Assembly: GCF_001194135.2 (NCBI RefSeq)
Contig: NC_068982.1
Location: 177,291,070 to 177,355,069 of the forward strand
From: Octopus bimaculoides
Lineage: Eukaryota
Direction of reading: 5' to 3'
Length of the DNA: 64,000 nt
The notes under the pieces are model-generated. The model did not search any database and was not told the origin of the DNA. It saw nothing but the letters and a program-made list of their open reading frames with translations. Each line of letters starts with the position of its first letter. The first letter of the stretch is position 1. The position numbers and the translations under genes were made by a program. Shown piece after piece: positions 13,328 through 27,250 of this stretch.

Positions 13328-14618
13328 TGTCAGGTCATCCCATAAACTCTGTTCGATTTTACCTTTTTAAAATTGAATGAAATTTAATAGTATTTTAGAA
13401 TGTCTAATAGAATTAAAAATTATTTTTATGCATTTGCATACATTTAAACTAATTAAATAATATTTTACAGAATAATAGAAATAACATTTCTTTGATTAAA
13501 ACCCTTTCTAACATGGAAGTATCCAAAGTATATTGAAGGCACATAATGCTTTATGAATATTAAAAAGGAAGCTCTGCAGCCGAAACGACTCGAAACACAC
13601 TCATTTTATGGGAAATAATGCTTGAATGAAAGAACTTACAAAAGATGGTTTGCAAAATTCAGAGGTGGGGAGTTCAGCCTTGAAGATGAAGATCGAACAG
13701 GACGTCCAGTTGGGTTTGATGATAAGCTCCTTGAGGCATTACTTGAAGAAAATCCTGCATTATCAGTTGAATAATTAGCAATAAAGCTTAGTTCAAACCA
13801 TACAACTGTTCATCGTCATCTTCAACAACTTGGAAAGGCTCCTAAACTTGGAAAATGGGTGCCTCATGAATTATCTGAAAGCAACCACAAATCCCGACTT
13901 CACATCTGCTCTTCTCTCCATTCTCGCGAAGTCATTTCACCATTTTTAAATAGACTTGTGACTGGTGACGAAAAATAGATCTTCTATCGAAATGTTAAAC
14001 GTTGCAGACAGTGGCTCGGTAAAAGGGAAAAAGCTCAACCGCAACTGAGAAGGGATCTTCATGGAAAAAAGGTTCTTCTCTCTATCTAGTGGGATTGCAA
14101 AGGAGTAATTCACTTTGAATTGTTACCACCTAATGCAACAATCAATGCTCAAGTCTACCGTCAGCAATTAGAGCATTTGAACCAAACTTTGAAGGAAAAA
14201 AGACCGACTTTAGTGAATCGAAAAGGAGTGATGTTTCATCAGGACAATGAGCGACTCCACACTGCAAAGATCATATCACAGAAGATCGAAGAGCTTGGTT
14301 GGGAAAACATTCCTCATCCACCTTATTCTCTCGACCTTGCTCCTTCAGACTACCATTTGTTTCATAGTTTACAGAATCATTTTGGGGGCATAACTTTTGC
14401 AAGGCAGGAGGAAGTCGAAACTGACATTTCAGAGGTCTTCACTTTGAAACCAAACGAGTTTTACATAGATGGGATTAAAAAAGCTTGTAAAACAGATGGA
14501 AGAAAGTCATAGATAAGCAGGGAAAGTACATTAATGATTAAATATCAATTAAATATGACATTTGATCACTTGTTTTCTTTATTCAAAATTCGGACAGAAC
14601 TTATGGGATGACCTGATA
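13328..14618 (+). mobile_element. mariner (Tc1/mariner, D,D34D) DNA transposon, near full length
   Basis: TIRs TCAGGTCATCCCATAAACTCTGTTCGATTTT and AAAATTCGGACAGAACTTATGGGATGACCTGA, with TA flanks; ~1.29 kb. Confidence 0.95.
13513..14540 (+). pseudogene. mariner transposase pseudogene
   Basis: ATG at 13513, then an early TGA. Motifs WVPHEL, VTGDEK, HQDN and YSLDLAPSDYHLF, with 34 residues counted between the second and third catalytic D; several stops and frameshifts. Confidence 0.9.
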
Positions 14619-15329
14619 TATTAAAACATACATCCATACATAATACATATGTATTATACATACGTGTGTGTGTATGTGTGTGTATGTCTGTGTCTGTGTA
14701 AGTTATGTATATGCTTTTATGAGCGGAAAATTTAATAAACTTTAGTTTAAGTACGCAGTGAATATAGTGCAAATATCTGCTAACCTCCATGCTTTTAGAT
14801 TCACTTATATACATATAATATTTACATAATAATTGAAGATAAATTGGCCATAACCAAAGGCACGAAAATGATAGATTTTTTTGTCATCGTAACCTGTTTT
14901 AAAGACTGAGATGCTTAGATGGAGTTGAATAAAATTTTAAACTTATGTGTAATAGAATGTCAATCGACCAATGACAGAAGTAATATTTCTAGCCATGACT
15001 ACACGTTACTAACGTTCCTGATGAAGGTGTTTATTGAAGAGAATAATTTAACTATATATCTATGTCACTGTATCGAGTTATATAAAAATATATGTCATGG
15101 CATCGAGTTTTCGAATGAAATGCCATGCCATGATGCAATTTCGTTTTCCCAGACACCATTCACTTCCGTCATAATACAGGTTCTTAGTTGAAATAATCTT
15201 TTCCTGGCTTCTGGACAAATTCGTATTAAAGATAGCAACTTATTCTTCATCTTGAATATAATTAAGAACAATTTTAGTAATTTCTGTTATTCATGCATTG
15301 ACTATATTTTAGCTTCCTACATTCACATA

Positions 15330-15870
15330 GAAAATCTTTTTCAATGCGATTTCAAGAGCTGGGCAAGAGTTAATCCAGTTAATAAATCAAACTTGTACAT
15401 TTGATCCATCCAGAACTTCACTATCCAATTGTAAATGCACACATTTTTGCCTGCATTTGGAAAACAAAATGATCTAAAAAAAAAGTTACACATTTACGAT
15501 TTGTTTACACATTTGTCGCTGATTCATCCAACAACGGTTGCCATTGCAGCTGAATAATTGAGGGATGACTCAAAACACCGAAGAGGTTTCTTCCATGTAT
15601 GAAATCCTTCTGTTAAAATTCATGCATTTCCCCCTTCAATACTCCATAGAACAATACATGCAATCGTAGATTCAGTCGTAATGAATGAAATCCAAATGAA
15701 TGAGCTAAAATGAATCGAAAGAATGCTTATGTTTCACAAATATTCCGCAGAGGAAAGTAAGATATACCGGTTGATTTAGTTGAATAACAGTAAGAGGCCG
15801 GAGAATAGATTATTTTGCTAGTTGTTTTGATGGTGCGTCAAGGATGCCAAAATTACGAACAGAAATATCA
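15330..15870 (-). pseudogene. possible ancient hAT (TTF zinc-finger, ZMYM1-like) transposase remnant
   Basis: Minus strand at 15569-15612 gives EGFHTWKKPLRCFE, resembling the GF-x-x-WKK motif. The remainder is too decayed to align by eye. Confidence 0.25.
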
Positions 15871-16414
15871 TTATTATAAATCTCAGATTCTAGTTGCAAT
15901 TATGCATTCGGATTTGTTTCAGTGGCCAATAGAGTGGAACCATTTCAATTGACTGGAAAACTTTAGTATGAAACTTGTTAAGACTGCTTTTTGAAAGAAA
16001 AGAAGACATTTTGTTGGTGGTTATTTATAATTTTATATTAATCTAAGAAATGAAAAATGTTAACCATTTAGATGATTGATATTGCATATGAACACTTAAG
16101 CACCTTCTGCTTGAGTGGGATTAGAATAGACAACTACATGATAATCCGGTGTTTTTATTCGTATAACAGAGGCACACAGACAGTTATATTTTCTCTTCAC
16201 CTCATTCTTGATAGGAACGATATGTTTAATGAATATTGCAGATATGTTGTGCAGAACCTTATGTAATTAAGATTTGTGAGAAGTCTAATTTCACAGCTTT
16301 ATATCTAAATCATACAAGTTACTCTCGAAAATATAATTTAGCATACTTATGATATAACCTGTATAATTTTGCTCATTATATACTATTATGTTATTGATTA
16401 TATTACGCTGCCAT

Positions 16415-16634
16415 TATCTGTTCATTGCATGTGTTATTTTAAACGATGAAAGCATTTTTTCTGGGGGAGAGTTAATTGTTTAACTAAGACAGATAGTACT
16501 TCAGATTAAAAATAAAAATTGATAATTTATTAAAAAATATTACCAAATTATTAAAACGGCAGAATCAAACAAAACTATGGAAGTTTTGCATCGGCATAAA
16601 GTAATCTGTATTTAAATTAGTCGAAAGGCTGTAC
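16415..16634. repeat. 220-bp direct repeat, copy 1
   Basis: Near-identical to 17452-17671 (two mismatches seen). Confidence 0.95.
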
Positions 16635-17451
16635 TGTCTCTGGCAGTAATTCTTTTCATTCAAGGTTTCGTGAAGCCCAGTTTGGTCGTGTTTCTTTGTC
16701 CTTCAGTACATCATCTGCGCGATGATGTTTCTTTTCTCGTTCATCTATTATACTTTGAGATAGTGGAACAAAAGCTCTATCCCAACATTCCAGCAGTGCT
16801 GATTGTTACATATCTTGTATAAAATTAAAAATATATCGTATTTCACTACTCAGAATTGTAAAAAAAATGTTCGCACTCTTCCCATAAATAATTCTAGTTG
16901 CATAGAAAAGCATATTTATAATAAAGATAATACGTATGGGCAGGCATTGAAATGCGTGCAATGGTAATGAATAGCTGTATAAACATGTATATGCATGCAT
17001 GTATACACGCATGCACAAGCATAAACACACCCCGGCACATGCCGATATATCAATAACGAAAGACTTTATTTCCTTGGACATCTTTTAAGATCAGTTGATT
17101 TTCAAAGGGTAAGATTAACATGCATGACAAAATATAGGTTCATGTCACGTCGTGTTGTTTGAACCTAACAATAGGCTATGGCTTACTAAAACGTATCTTC
17201 GAAGGAACAGATAAAATTTAGGGCAAAGAGGAGTTCCACTATGCTGGGATTTTTGGTGATGCTGGGGCTCAGTAAAGAGGGTACGTTACAGAAATATTAA
17301 AGAATTAAGTTCTCTTCATTTTTCAGACGTGAGAGTGTAGGTCCCTTTTACATACATGATTAACAGTTATTATTAAGCTACAGGAAAGAGGGAAGTGAAC
17401 TTGAGAATTGTAAGGCAAGATTAGCATACATGACTAAATATAGGACAGTAA

Positions 17452-17671
17452 TATCTGTTCATTGCATGTGTTATTTTAAACGATGAAAGCATTTTTTCTG
17501 GGGGAGAGTTAATTGTTTAACTAAGACAGATAGTACTTCAGATTAAAAATAAAAATTGATAATTTATAAAAAAATATTACCAAATTACTAAAACGGCAGA
17601 ATCAAACAAAACTATGGAAGTTTTGCATCGGCATAAAGTAATCTGTATTTAAATTAGTCGAAAGGCTGTAC
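17452..17671. repeat. 220-bp direct repeat, copy 2
   Basis: Near-identical to 16415-16634. Confidence 0.95.
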
Positions 17672-18480
17672 AAACCTATGTAAACGCTATAGCATATTTA
17701 AACTTTCCACAAACAAGACATTTCTTTGAACCTTTAGCTATTACTCAACTATCGTTCTTTAATCTATACTGCTGTCGAAATCTAGTCACCAACATAAAAT
17801 ATTTTTACGCAATACATCACCATTAACATTTATCAAAAAGTAAAGGCGGGTGAATACGTATATATGTTTGTTTTTATGTGTATACTAACAGTATAACCCG
17901 ACCTTGTCCGAGTGTGACTTATTACGCCATCTACGATAAGTATTGCTAGGTGAAATCAACTCAAAAAGAAAGCCTTACAACGAAAAAACCCTTATGATGT
18001 AAATATGTTCATAATTCAAATGACGATGAAATTAATAGGGAAAGTCTGAAGGCTGTTTTGTGTAACATTATTAAGCGTACGTAAATTTCATCCGTCTAAT
18101 TGGCTATAGAAATGCTTGTGCAAAACAACTTTTTGCGCTGCCCTGATTATACATAGCAGGGTAATCCCTTTTCGCAGGAGCTAGGACGGCAATTTGTGAT
18201 GAAGCAATTGCTGGCGATCTGTTGCTACACAGTTTTGCCAGAATTCTATCAGATTGAGCAGAANNNNNNNNNNNNNNNNNNNNNNNNNNNNNNNNNNNNN
18301 NNNNNNNNNNNNNNNNNNNNNNNNNNNNNNNNNNNNNNNNNNNNNNNNNNNNNNNNNNNNNNNNNNNNNNNNNNNNNNNNNNNNNNNNNNNNNNNNNNNN
18401 NNNNNNNNNNNNNNNNNNNNNNNNNNNNNNTCGGTACTTTTCACATATATGTAATTTTTCAGATTAACACCCGCACGATT

Positions 18481-18657
18481 ACCCAACCCTCATCCTAAAC
18501 CTAATCCTAACACTAACCCTAACACTAACCCTAAACCCTAACCCTAAAACCCTAACTCTGACCCTAAAACCGTAACTGTAACACTAATCCTAACCGTAAC
18601 CGTAACCGTAACCCTAAACCCTAACCCTGACCCTAAAACCCTAACCCTAACACCCTA
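18481..18657. repeat. interstitial telomere-like (CCCTAA)n array, degenerate
   Basis: CCCTAA, CCCTAAA, CCGTAA and CACTAA variants over ~175 bp. Confidence 0.9.
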
Positions 18658-20544
18658 GTGAAAATCGTGGTATATTTACAAAACATTGACGAACATGAGT
18701 TATATCTGACTGAATGATTGTGTACTTGCACGTGTATGCGTTTGAGAGAGCGAGAGAGGAAGAGGTAGAGAGAGGGGGAGAAAGGAATAGAGGTAGTTAA
18801 ACGTTTTCTTATGACGCTTTCTCTTTACTGCCTATTACTTCATTAGAAATCTAAGGATGCACATGAGCACATAATAGAGAAAAATGAAACAAATATGGAC
18901 GACTTGCTCCGAAACACCACCGAGTGGGGAACACTTCTCAAAAATAACCTGCAGTTGTTTCCTTCCAAATTTCTACCTGCTTGAAATGTACATACATCAA
19001 GGTATATTTGTAAAAAATTTCACGAAACAATATTCATTTTCCTGGAAGTTAAGAGGAATTTAAGTGGAATTTCCGAAAATTGTACCCCACCCCCTCCCAA
19101 AACACTTTCACCGAAAATCTTTGTATATTCGGAATCTACATAATAAATAATATGTGCAAACAAAATTCCATAAAAAAACATTCATTTTTATGAAAGTTAT
19201 GACCTTCCAAAGTTGGGGGGTACAACTCTGTAGTTATACCACATTGACGAACATACTTTTGTGAATGATTGTGTTTACTTGCACGTGTATGCGTTTGAGA
19301 GAGCGAGAGAGGAAAAGGGGGAGAAATGAATACAGATCGAGAGCGATGTGTATGTTGTTGTCACAGATTACGTATGTGTGGTTGTGTGTGTTTTTACGTA
19401 TCTATGTTATGAAAAATAGGTAAAGAATACTGAGATGAAAGTTTAATCTATGACTTTGTATGTATCACTTTCTCTCTCTCTCTCTCCCTCTCCCTCTTTT
19501 ACTCTTACTCTCTATATTTTTTATGTTGAGCGCGTGTGTAAGAACGGCGTTCCAGGTAGAAGGGAAGGAATATAAAAGTTGCTTGAAACAACAGCCAAAT
19601 CTCCCTTAAATCACACAAAGTAAACGGAATTTAAAAAATCTAATTACTGCACTGGAAAGTTCACATCGAGAAAATTCCATTGATGTAAAAATGTTTACGA
19701 AAAAGTGGAAAATGTGGATTTCTATAAACTTTTAAAAAGGCTTCACACAGACACACATCTTCAGCTTTATATATTAAGATATGTTTGTTTAACGTGGTTT
19801 TGGGAGTATGTGAATTTGCGGTGTCTTTATAGTTATGTAACCTCTGTTTACATATGCTCTTGTTTATCCGTTAAAATCAATTCATTTGCTAAGTTTTGCT
19901 AAATAATCACCAGACCACGAATTTAAAGTGGAAACGGAAAACACTTAAATTAAATCATCTCCCTTTCCTGGTTGATAGACGATACACATAGTGAAGGGAA
20001 GTTGCCTAGATGTCAGGATGTTGTACTCACGAACGTACCTGGTTTTGGTACCTGGTTGTGTGTTGCTGGGATGTTAATTCTGCAAAAAACTGTACTTTTA
20101 GCAAGGAATGTTGTAATCTGTCACTTATACAATCCCATTTATATGAAGGCGGATTAAGCTAAGGCCTTATGAATCTTGGGGCCCATGGCAGACCTAAGAT
20201 AATACACATAGTTGATACCAAAACAGTGCAAACAAATATACAGGGACAAGAAAGCTCGTGTAATATTCGAATTATTCTGCTGATTACAACCCAATAATAC
20301 ACTAATGTACGTGAAAATCTCAACGAAGAGCTAAGAAATAATGAAACACGAGATAGTAGTCACTAGACATGCTTGAAATCGCAGTCAAATATTTCAGTAT
20401 TCATACAACCATTTGAAGCAAGAAAATAACAATATGAACCATGTAACGTGTTTATTGAGCGAAAACACCTGAAGCACCACGAGGCTCCGGAAGGAGATGG
20501 TGGCGAACCCTGCTGTACTCTTTCATCACAACTTTTTACACTTG

Positions 20545-20968
20545 TATTCTTTTATACATTTCTGTCATTTGACTGTGGACATGCTGGAGCAATGCCTTAA
20601 AGGGTTTTAGTCAAAGAAATTGACTCCAGAACGTACCCTTTGTAAGCCTAGTACTTATTCTATTGGTCTCTCTTTTAATGACGCTCTAAGTCATGGGGCC
20701 CAAAACACACCACCATCAGTTGTAAAGTGATGGTAGGGGGACAAACACAGACACAAAGACACACACACATAAATATACATACATACATACATACAATATA
20801 TGTGTATATAGGCTTCTTTCAGTTTCTGTCTACCAGATTCACTCACATGGCTTTGGTCAGCCTGAGGCTGTAGTAGAAAACATTTGCCCAGGGTGCCACG
20901 AAGTGGGACTGAACATGGAACTATGTTGCTGGGAAGCAGACTTGTTACCACACAACCTTGCCTGCACC
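20545..20968 (-). mobile_element. SINE family A, full length
   Basis: Reverse complement of the family A head (GGTGCAGGCAAGGTTGTGTGGTAAC), central tract and 3' module. Confidence 0.9.
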
Positions 20969-21371
20969 TTGAATTTTTGCATGAAACATGTACTTGATAG
21001 ATAGAGGTGGGTGTAGCTGGAGTGTATCCTTTAGAGAAGCATAACTGGATAGCTGGAATGTATTTGATCAGATGTCTGATCGACCAACATTGATCTAAAA
21101 CTAAACAAAATAACGTGTATTGATTATATGAAAAAAATCTGCTAAGGATAAAAAGAAATTGCTAAATATTAAGAGATTTAACCACCCCTGTTTGAAAGCT
21201 ACCTGCGCCAAATCATCAATATAAGCTACTTCCTCAATTTTGCCATTGCTCCTCTTTATACATATTGACATTCTCATACTGCTACTTCCACGGCAAAACT
21301 ATTTACTGTGACCACAATGAAGGTGAACAGAGGCCATAGAACTGAATGCCTTGTGGATGCAAATGACAGAT

Positions 21372-21431
21372 AGCCAATATTAAGGAGTGTCCCTAAAATA
21401 AGGGCGGGTTTTGCTTCCTTTGCCACGCCCC
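21372..21431. promoter_or_regulatory. putative promoter/enhancer motif cluster
   Basis: AGCCAAT (CCAAT box), GGGCGG, CTTCCT and GCCACGCCCC within 60 bp of an AT-rich background; motif evidence only. Confidence 0.2.
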
Positions 21432-22560
21432 GAATAATAACTATATAAGAACTGTCAATGACATGTGTATACAATTGTGCATATATGTGTGTATTTGTTG
21501 CGTGTATATATATATATATATATATATATACATGACAAATGCACGTATGCATGTTGCATGCATGCACGCACGGACGCACGCATGTATGTATGTATGTATG
21601 TATGTAGGTAAGGATGGATGGATGGATGTATGTACGTGCGTATGTGTAAGGGAGCACCTGTTTAAAACGTCCTTTACTGAACTTTGACATTTAGCTTCAT
21701 TCTACATACTACCAGGTTTATTGAATAATATGATTAAGAAGTTAGAAACTGTAAAAAGTGTAATATTACACTTAGTTCAAGGTCTGATGTTCAAATAGCA
21801 TCAGCAGTAGCTTTAGAATTATTCCTCTTTACTTTTCTTTATTCTATGATAGGTAGAGAATTGATTGCACAGTGGACATGCATTTCGGCTTGTGTACCTA
21901 CAGATCCTTTACTTTATGGATTTTGATAATGATGAATATCATAAAATATACAGTAATACAATACTAGTAAAATATATAGAAATACTGTGGTTTTCTGGAA
22001 TTATTGCATATTGAATGCTTACTTACGCGAATTAAACAAAAATTTGTGTCACGCTGAAAAGCCAAATCGCGTTTACGATATATATATANNNNNNNNNNNN
22101 NNNNNNNNNNNNNNNNNNNNNNNNNNNNNNNNNNNNNNNNNNNNNNNNNNNNNNNNNNNNNNNNNNNNNNNNNNNNNNNNNNNNNNNNNNNNNNNNNNNN
22201 NNNNNNNNNNNNNNNNNNNNNNNNNNNNNNNNNNNNNNNNNNNNNNNNNNNNNNNNNNNNNNNNNNNNNNNNNNNNNNNNNNNNNNNNNNNNNNNNNNNN
22301 NNNNNNNNNNNNNNNNNNNNNNNNNNNNNNNNNNNNNNNNNNNNNNNNNNNNNNNNNNNNNNNNNNNNNNNNNNNNNNNNNNNNNNNNNNNNNNNNNNNN
22401 NNNNNNNNNNNNNNNNNNNNNNNNNNNNNNNNNNNNNNNNNNNNNNNNNNNNNNNNNNNNNNNNNNNNNNNNNNNNNNNNNNNNNNNNNNNNNNNNNNNN
22501 NNNNNNNNNNNNNNNNNNNNNNNNNNNNNNNNNNNNNNNNNNNNNNNNNNNNNNNNNNNN

Positions 22561-22637
22561 CGTGTCTTCTACTATAGCCTGGGGCCGACCAATGCTTTGT
22601 GAGTTGATTTCGAAGTCGGAAACTGAAGAACCTCGTC

Positions 22638-22673
<36 letters not shown>

Positions 22674-22900
22674 ACGTGTACCTTTGTGTCTGTGTTTGAG
22701 GTCCCCCTCCCTATCACTGCTTGACAACTACCGTTGGCGTGTTTACGTTCGCGTAACTTAGCGGTTCGACCAAATGATCCGATAGAATAAGTACTAGGCT
22801 TTCAAAAATAAGTCTTGGGGTCGATTTGTTCGACTAAAACCCTTCAAGGTGGTGCTCTAGCATGGCCGCAGTCAAATGAATGAAACAAGTAAAAGAAAAG
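22561..22900 (+). mobile_element. SINE family A, head lost in assembly gap
   Basis: GTGTCTTCTACTATAGCC...CTTGACAAC...CATGGCCGCAGTCAAATGAATGAAACAAGTAAAAG. Confidence 0.9.
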
Positions 22901-25900
22901 AATAAAGAATATATATATGTATGTATGAATATGTGTGCGCGCACACGTCTGTGTGTGTGTGTGTGTATGCATACATATATATATATAATACAAATTCATA
23001 ATATATGAATTTGTACACACCAAGCACAAAGCTAACACATCCTATAATTTTGTTACCTCGATAAACATTGACACAAACACGGAAACACGCATAAATACAT
23101 GGCTAGAAATACACATGTGGTTGGCAGAAACCGTTAAATGAATGTGTGTGTGTGTGTGTGTGTGTGTGAGTGTGTGTGTGTGTGCGTGCGCGCGCATTTT
23201 ATATTAGTGTACACAAACACACATTTTATCAGTGTTTGTGTATTCGTATTTACGTACTTGTATGCGCGTCTTAGTGTTATATCTTCCATGTATCATATCT
23301 GTGCATATATGCATGTGCGTATGATTGTCATATATATGTTATATTAACGTCAGTTATCAAAAATTGATGACAGAAACAGCGGCACATTGGGGCTGGGTGG
23401 GAAATCCACTTCTTTGTAAACAGATGACACTGCTTCCAAATAAATTTGTGAAGGTTAGATTTTGACCTTTCACGACGACTGAGCAATCAAAATTGATAGA
23501 ATATATACATGAGAATATGCGTACATATACATATATATATATATATATANNNNNNNNNNNNNNNNNNNNNNNNNNNNNNNNNNNNNNNNNNNNNNNNNNN
23601 NNNNNNNNNNNNNNNNNNNNNNNNNNNNNNNNNNNNNNNNNNNNNNNNNNNNNNNNNNNNNNNNNNNNNNNNNNNNNNNNNNNNNNNNNNNNNNNNNNNN
23701 NNNNNNNNNNNNNNNNNNNNNNNNNNNNNNNNNNNNNNNNNNNNNNNNNNNNNNNNNNNNNNNNNNNNNNNNNNNNNNNNNNNNNNNNNNNNNNNNNNNN
23801 NNNNNNNTTTTATAGTGGATATATTCTTTCACTGTTGTTGTTTTGTAAACGTATATTTTCTCTAGATAGTATTTATGCATTCTAAGCATCCTATCAAAGA
23901 CCAGAACGTAATTTGATGAGGAAGATGATTCTTAATAATATGTAGCAAAAAATGAGACAATGAAAGGCCGAAAATTTTAGGAAATGCAACAATCGTTTAT
24001 AATGCAAACAATATTTTTACAGGTACATATGTGTTGTCACATGGAGAATTTAAAGTTGTAGTACATATTAGAACGCCATGAAACGAATAAGCATTTTGAC
24101 CAACTCTCCACTGTGAATATAATAATGAATATTAAATCAGCCTATACATCTATATACAGCGAAGTAATTGTTTACGCTTCAACCGGCGAGAGCTACCAAT
24201 ATCGGATACAAGTTTAACTTAATCAAGAAATCTTAGTTACTGCTTTGAAGGAAATATGACTTACGATTACAGTGTTTATAAATATAAGTATAAACTACTT
24301 TATGAGCATAGACAGGGTTTCAACTGAAGAGGTTCTTATCTATGACAACAGATCCAATATAAGCAGTCTAATTAACTCTAACACTACGTTCAAATAGATG
24401 TTAAATAATCATTTTTGCATGGATAATTGTGATAATCTGTGAATGTATGAGTATATGCATGTATGTATGTATGTATGTATGTATGTATGTATTTATGTAT
24501 GTATGTATGTATGTATGCATGTGTGTGTGTGTATTCAGGTTAAACATTTGTCTTCTGAGGGTACTGCTCTCCTCAGTCGCCAGCATCTTCAGCGCAAGTT
24601 TTCTACATATATTATATTATTTACTTAAATTCATAAGCGTCGTTCGCCTGGAATGCAAAAATGATAAAAGAAAAAGTAAATGGGTCCACAACTTCATCTA
24701 AATCGATATTCCTACTGTGGTGAATGTAAATCAGTGCGACGGAAAAGTCTTCTTTGGCTCTTATAACCTCTCGCTTATTTATGAAATTGTCTCGGGGAAC
24801 TGAACAAGGCGATGACGTTCACGCAGCATGACTGTAAGCCTTATAACCAGCATCTGCCTTCTTGTATTTTAATCTTCAATGCAAAATTAAATGTATATTT
24901 TGGAAATCTAGTTGTTGTCGTCTTCTATGCAAATCTGTTCTTACGTGTACCTATATATGTGTGTATGCATGTTTGTAAGTAGTGAATGAATGAAAGAATG
25001 AATGATTGAAATTAATGAATGATTTAGAGTGGTGTTGGTGCTGTATTTCTCTCGTTTGACAATGAGTATACAGTCGTTCGATCAACAGAACTACTTGCCT
25101 TTGAATTAGCGTATATAAATGGTTGAGACCTGTGCTACAAATGCAATTCTCAAGCAGAATCAGTGTCACAAAGTGTGTGGTAAAATTGTAACTCTTAATT
25201 TACAAATACAATCCACCTGGCGCTTTAAATTTACATGACTCATTCATTAAGAATGGTATAGGTCAACGAAGGCCGTAGTAAATTACATTTGCATAAGGAA
25301 TTACGCAGTGGGATGGCACACACTATTGCTAATTTGTTTCTTTTTCAAATACTCAGAGTGTGTTATAGAAACTAGCACCGACCAATGCTGCTACTAAAAT
25401 CACAAGCATCTTACATTATATCCAAATTAACAAAACCTGTCTGATTAGCATGCAGTCGTTCACTAACTCATTCCAACTTCAGATTGACACATGTCTTCGC
25501 TCTTAGCTTTTTCTGTCAGTACAGAAATCCTCCTACCACCGCTACTTCAGATTCACCTGTCTCTCATCCCGACTAATATCCTGGAGGGGATTGCTATTAT
25601 TCTACTATCTTTATATAATAATGTCTTTACTATAATTGTCAATCTACTGGTTATATTATATATCACTACATTTAACATACATTTATTAGTACGTCTTGAA
25701 TAGATAATTTGCAATTTCATCTACATTCAAACTGGAAACAGGTATTACTAATTACGAAGTGAGTCCTCCAGCAGAAGACATTAACTATTTACATGTATGT
25801 AAGCTTGTATGCATATATATATATATATATATAGTTAAATTATATTCTGTTAAGAACGTGGTACAGTATAAAGCTCGTCCACCTTCAGATTTCACCCTGT

Positions 25901-26044
25901 GCTATCCAAAAGCCAATAGTAGTATTATACGTACTTCCAGGTTTACGTTTGGTCATCTGTCGTATGTGAATAGGTAATTGAAAAAATTGGAGTCAACAAG
26001 AAGGAGTACGGCTGGACATTTATTTTCAAATACAACAATTGTTT

Positions 26045-26380
26045 CTAGGCAACGTAGTCGTCCAGGTGGGCAGGTACTTGATTATGCAACCGTTTCCCTG
26101 CTTTATGAGATCTGGTTGTGTTTCCTCAGGTGATATATAAATATTGTCTCCGTCAGTTCAAATTCTCGGCGTCAAGAACCACCTCCCTGTCTGCCGTGGC
26201 CTGGAGTTATTAGTAGTCACTCAGTTTATCAAAGATATGTTGCTGAAAATCCGTTGGCAAACTGCTTTGAATATTTGGATGTGGTGAATTGGTGATTCTG
26301 CTACTGTTAAAGTGGTTACCGTTTTAAAGGGATTGACATTTGATTTCATTGTACTGTTGATTTGTTCATCATAGTTGGTT
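26045..26380 (-). mobile_element. possible Gypsy pol 3' end remnant
   Basis: Minus strand at 26113-26045 gives RSHKAGKRLHNQVPAHLDDYVA*, resembling the RRS-x-R...P-x-x-L-x-DYV C-terminus of Gypsy integrases; the rest is decayed. Confidence 0.35.
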
Positions 26381-27250
26381 ACTTAAAGTGCGTCTTAAGA
26401 ATCGGTCCATACATACACGTGCATGGTCGTTCACTTAGATATCCATTACACACACACACACAAACACACACACAAACACACACACACAAACACACACACA
26501 CACACAAACACACATACACACATATATGTATATACACATATATGTATATATATNNNNNNNNNNNNNNNNNNNNNNNNNNNNNNNNNNNNNNNNNNNNNNN
26601 TATATATATATATATATATATTAGTCTTCGGGAGTATATGTTTGTAGTACATCCGTTACTGAAGCGGAAATCTTAATATTCACTTTTCATTTACTTGAAT
26701 AATTACCTCGGCTGGGGTAACCATTACTATGGCACTATGCCATCCATAAGGATATAGCAAACAATACAGGCTGCTATCCTACAAAATAAAAAGCAAGAAA
26801 AAAATTAGAACATAACTCAGAGATTAATGTTATATTTAAAAAGTTTTTCAATAGATTCTGATAATCATTGTATTTGAATACTCTGTTTGACATCTTGCAG
26901 CTTTTGTTTTTAGTTTATTTTGTTTTTTGTAATATTCTTGTAGCTGTTCTACTGCTTTTGCTTTGTAAATGTAAAATTTGTAAATTTAAAATTAAGTCTT
27001 TGCTTAATAAATGAAATAGCTCAATATAAACACAAATTTTAATTGATATTTTACTAATTATAGAATTTGCTCAGCCAATAAATATAATTTTTGACAAACT
27101 TTAAGTTCAAATTTATAATTTTCAGGTACTTTGCAAAACTTAAATATATGTGAGAAACATACTGCAATGGAATAGAAAACATAAACACGAAATAACAAAG
27201 GAGAAATGCAAGAAAGACAGTAAAATAAAGCATAAGGAAAAGAAAAAATA

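Noticed and set aside
16415-17671. TRIM/LTR retrotransposon call
   Set aside because: No TSD, PBS or PPT, and no matched TG...CA termini; kept only as a duplication.
18481-18657. True telomere or chromosome-fusion site
   Set aside because: Short, degenerate, single orientation, with ordinary sequence continuing on both sides.
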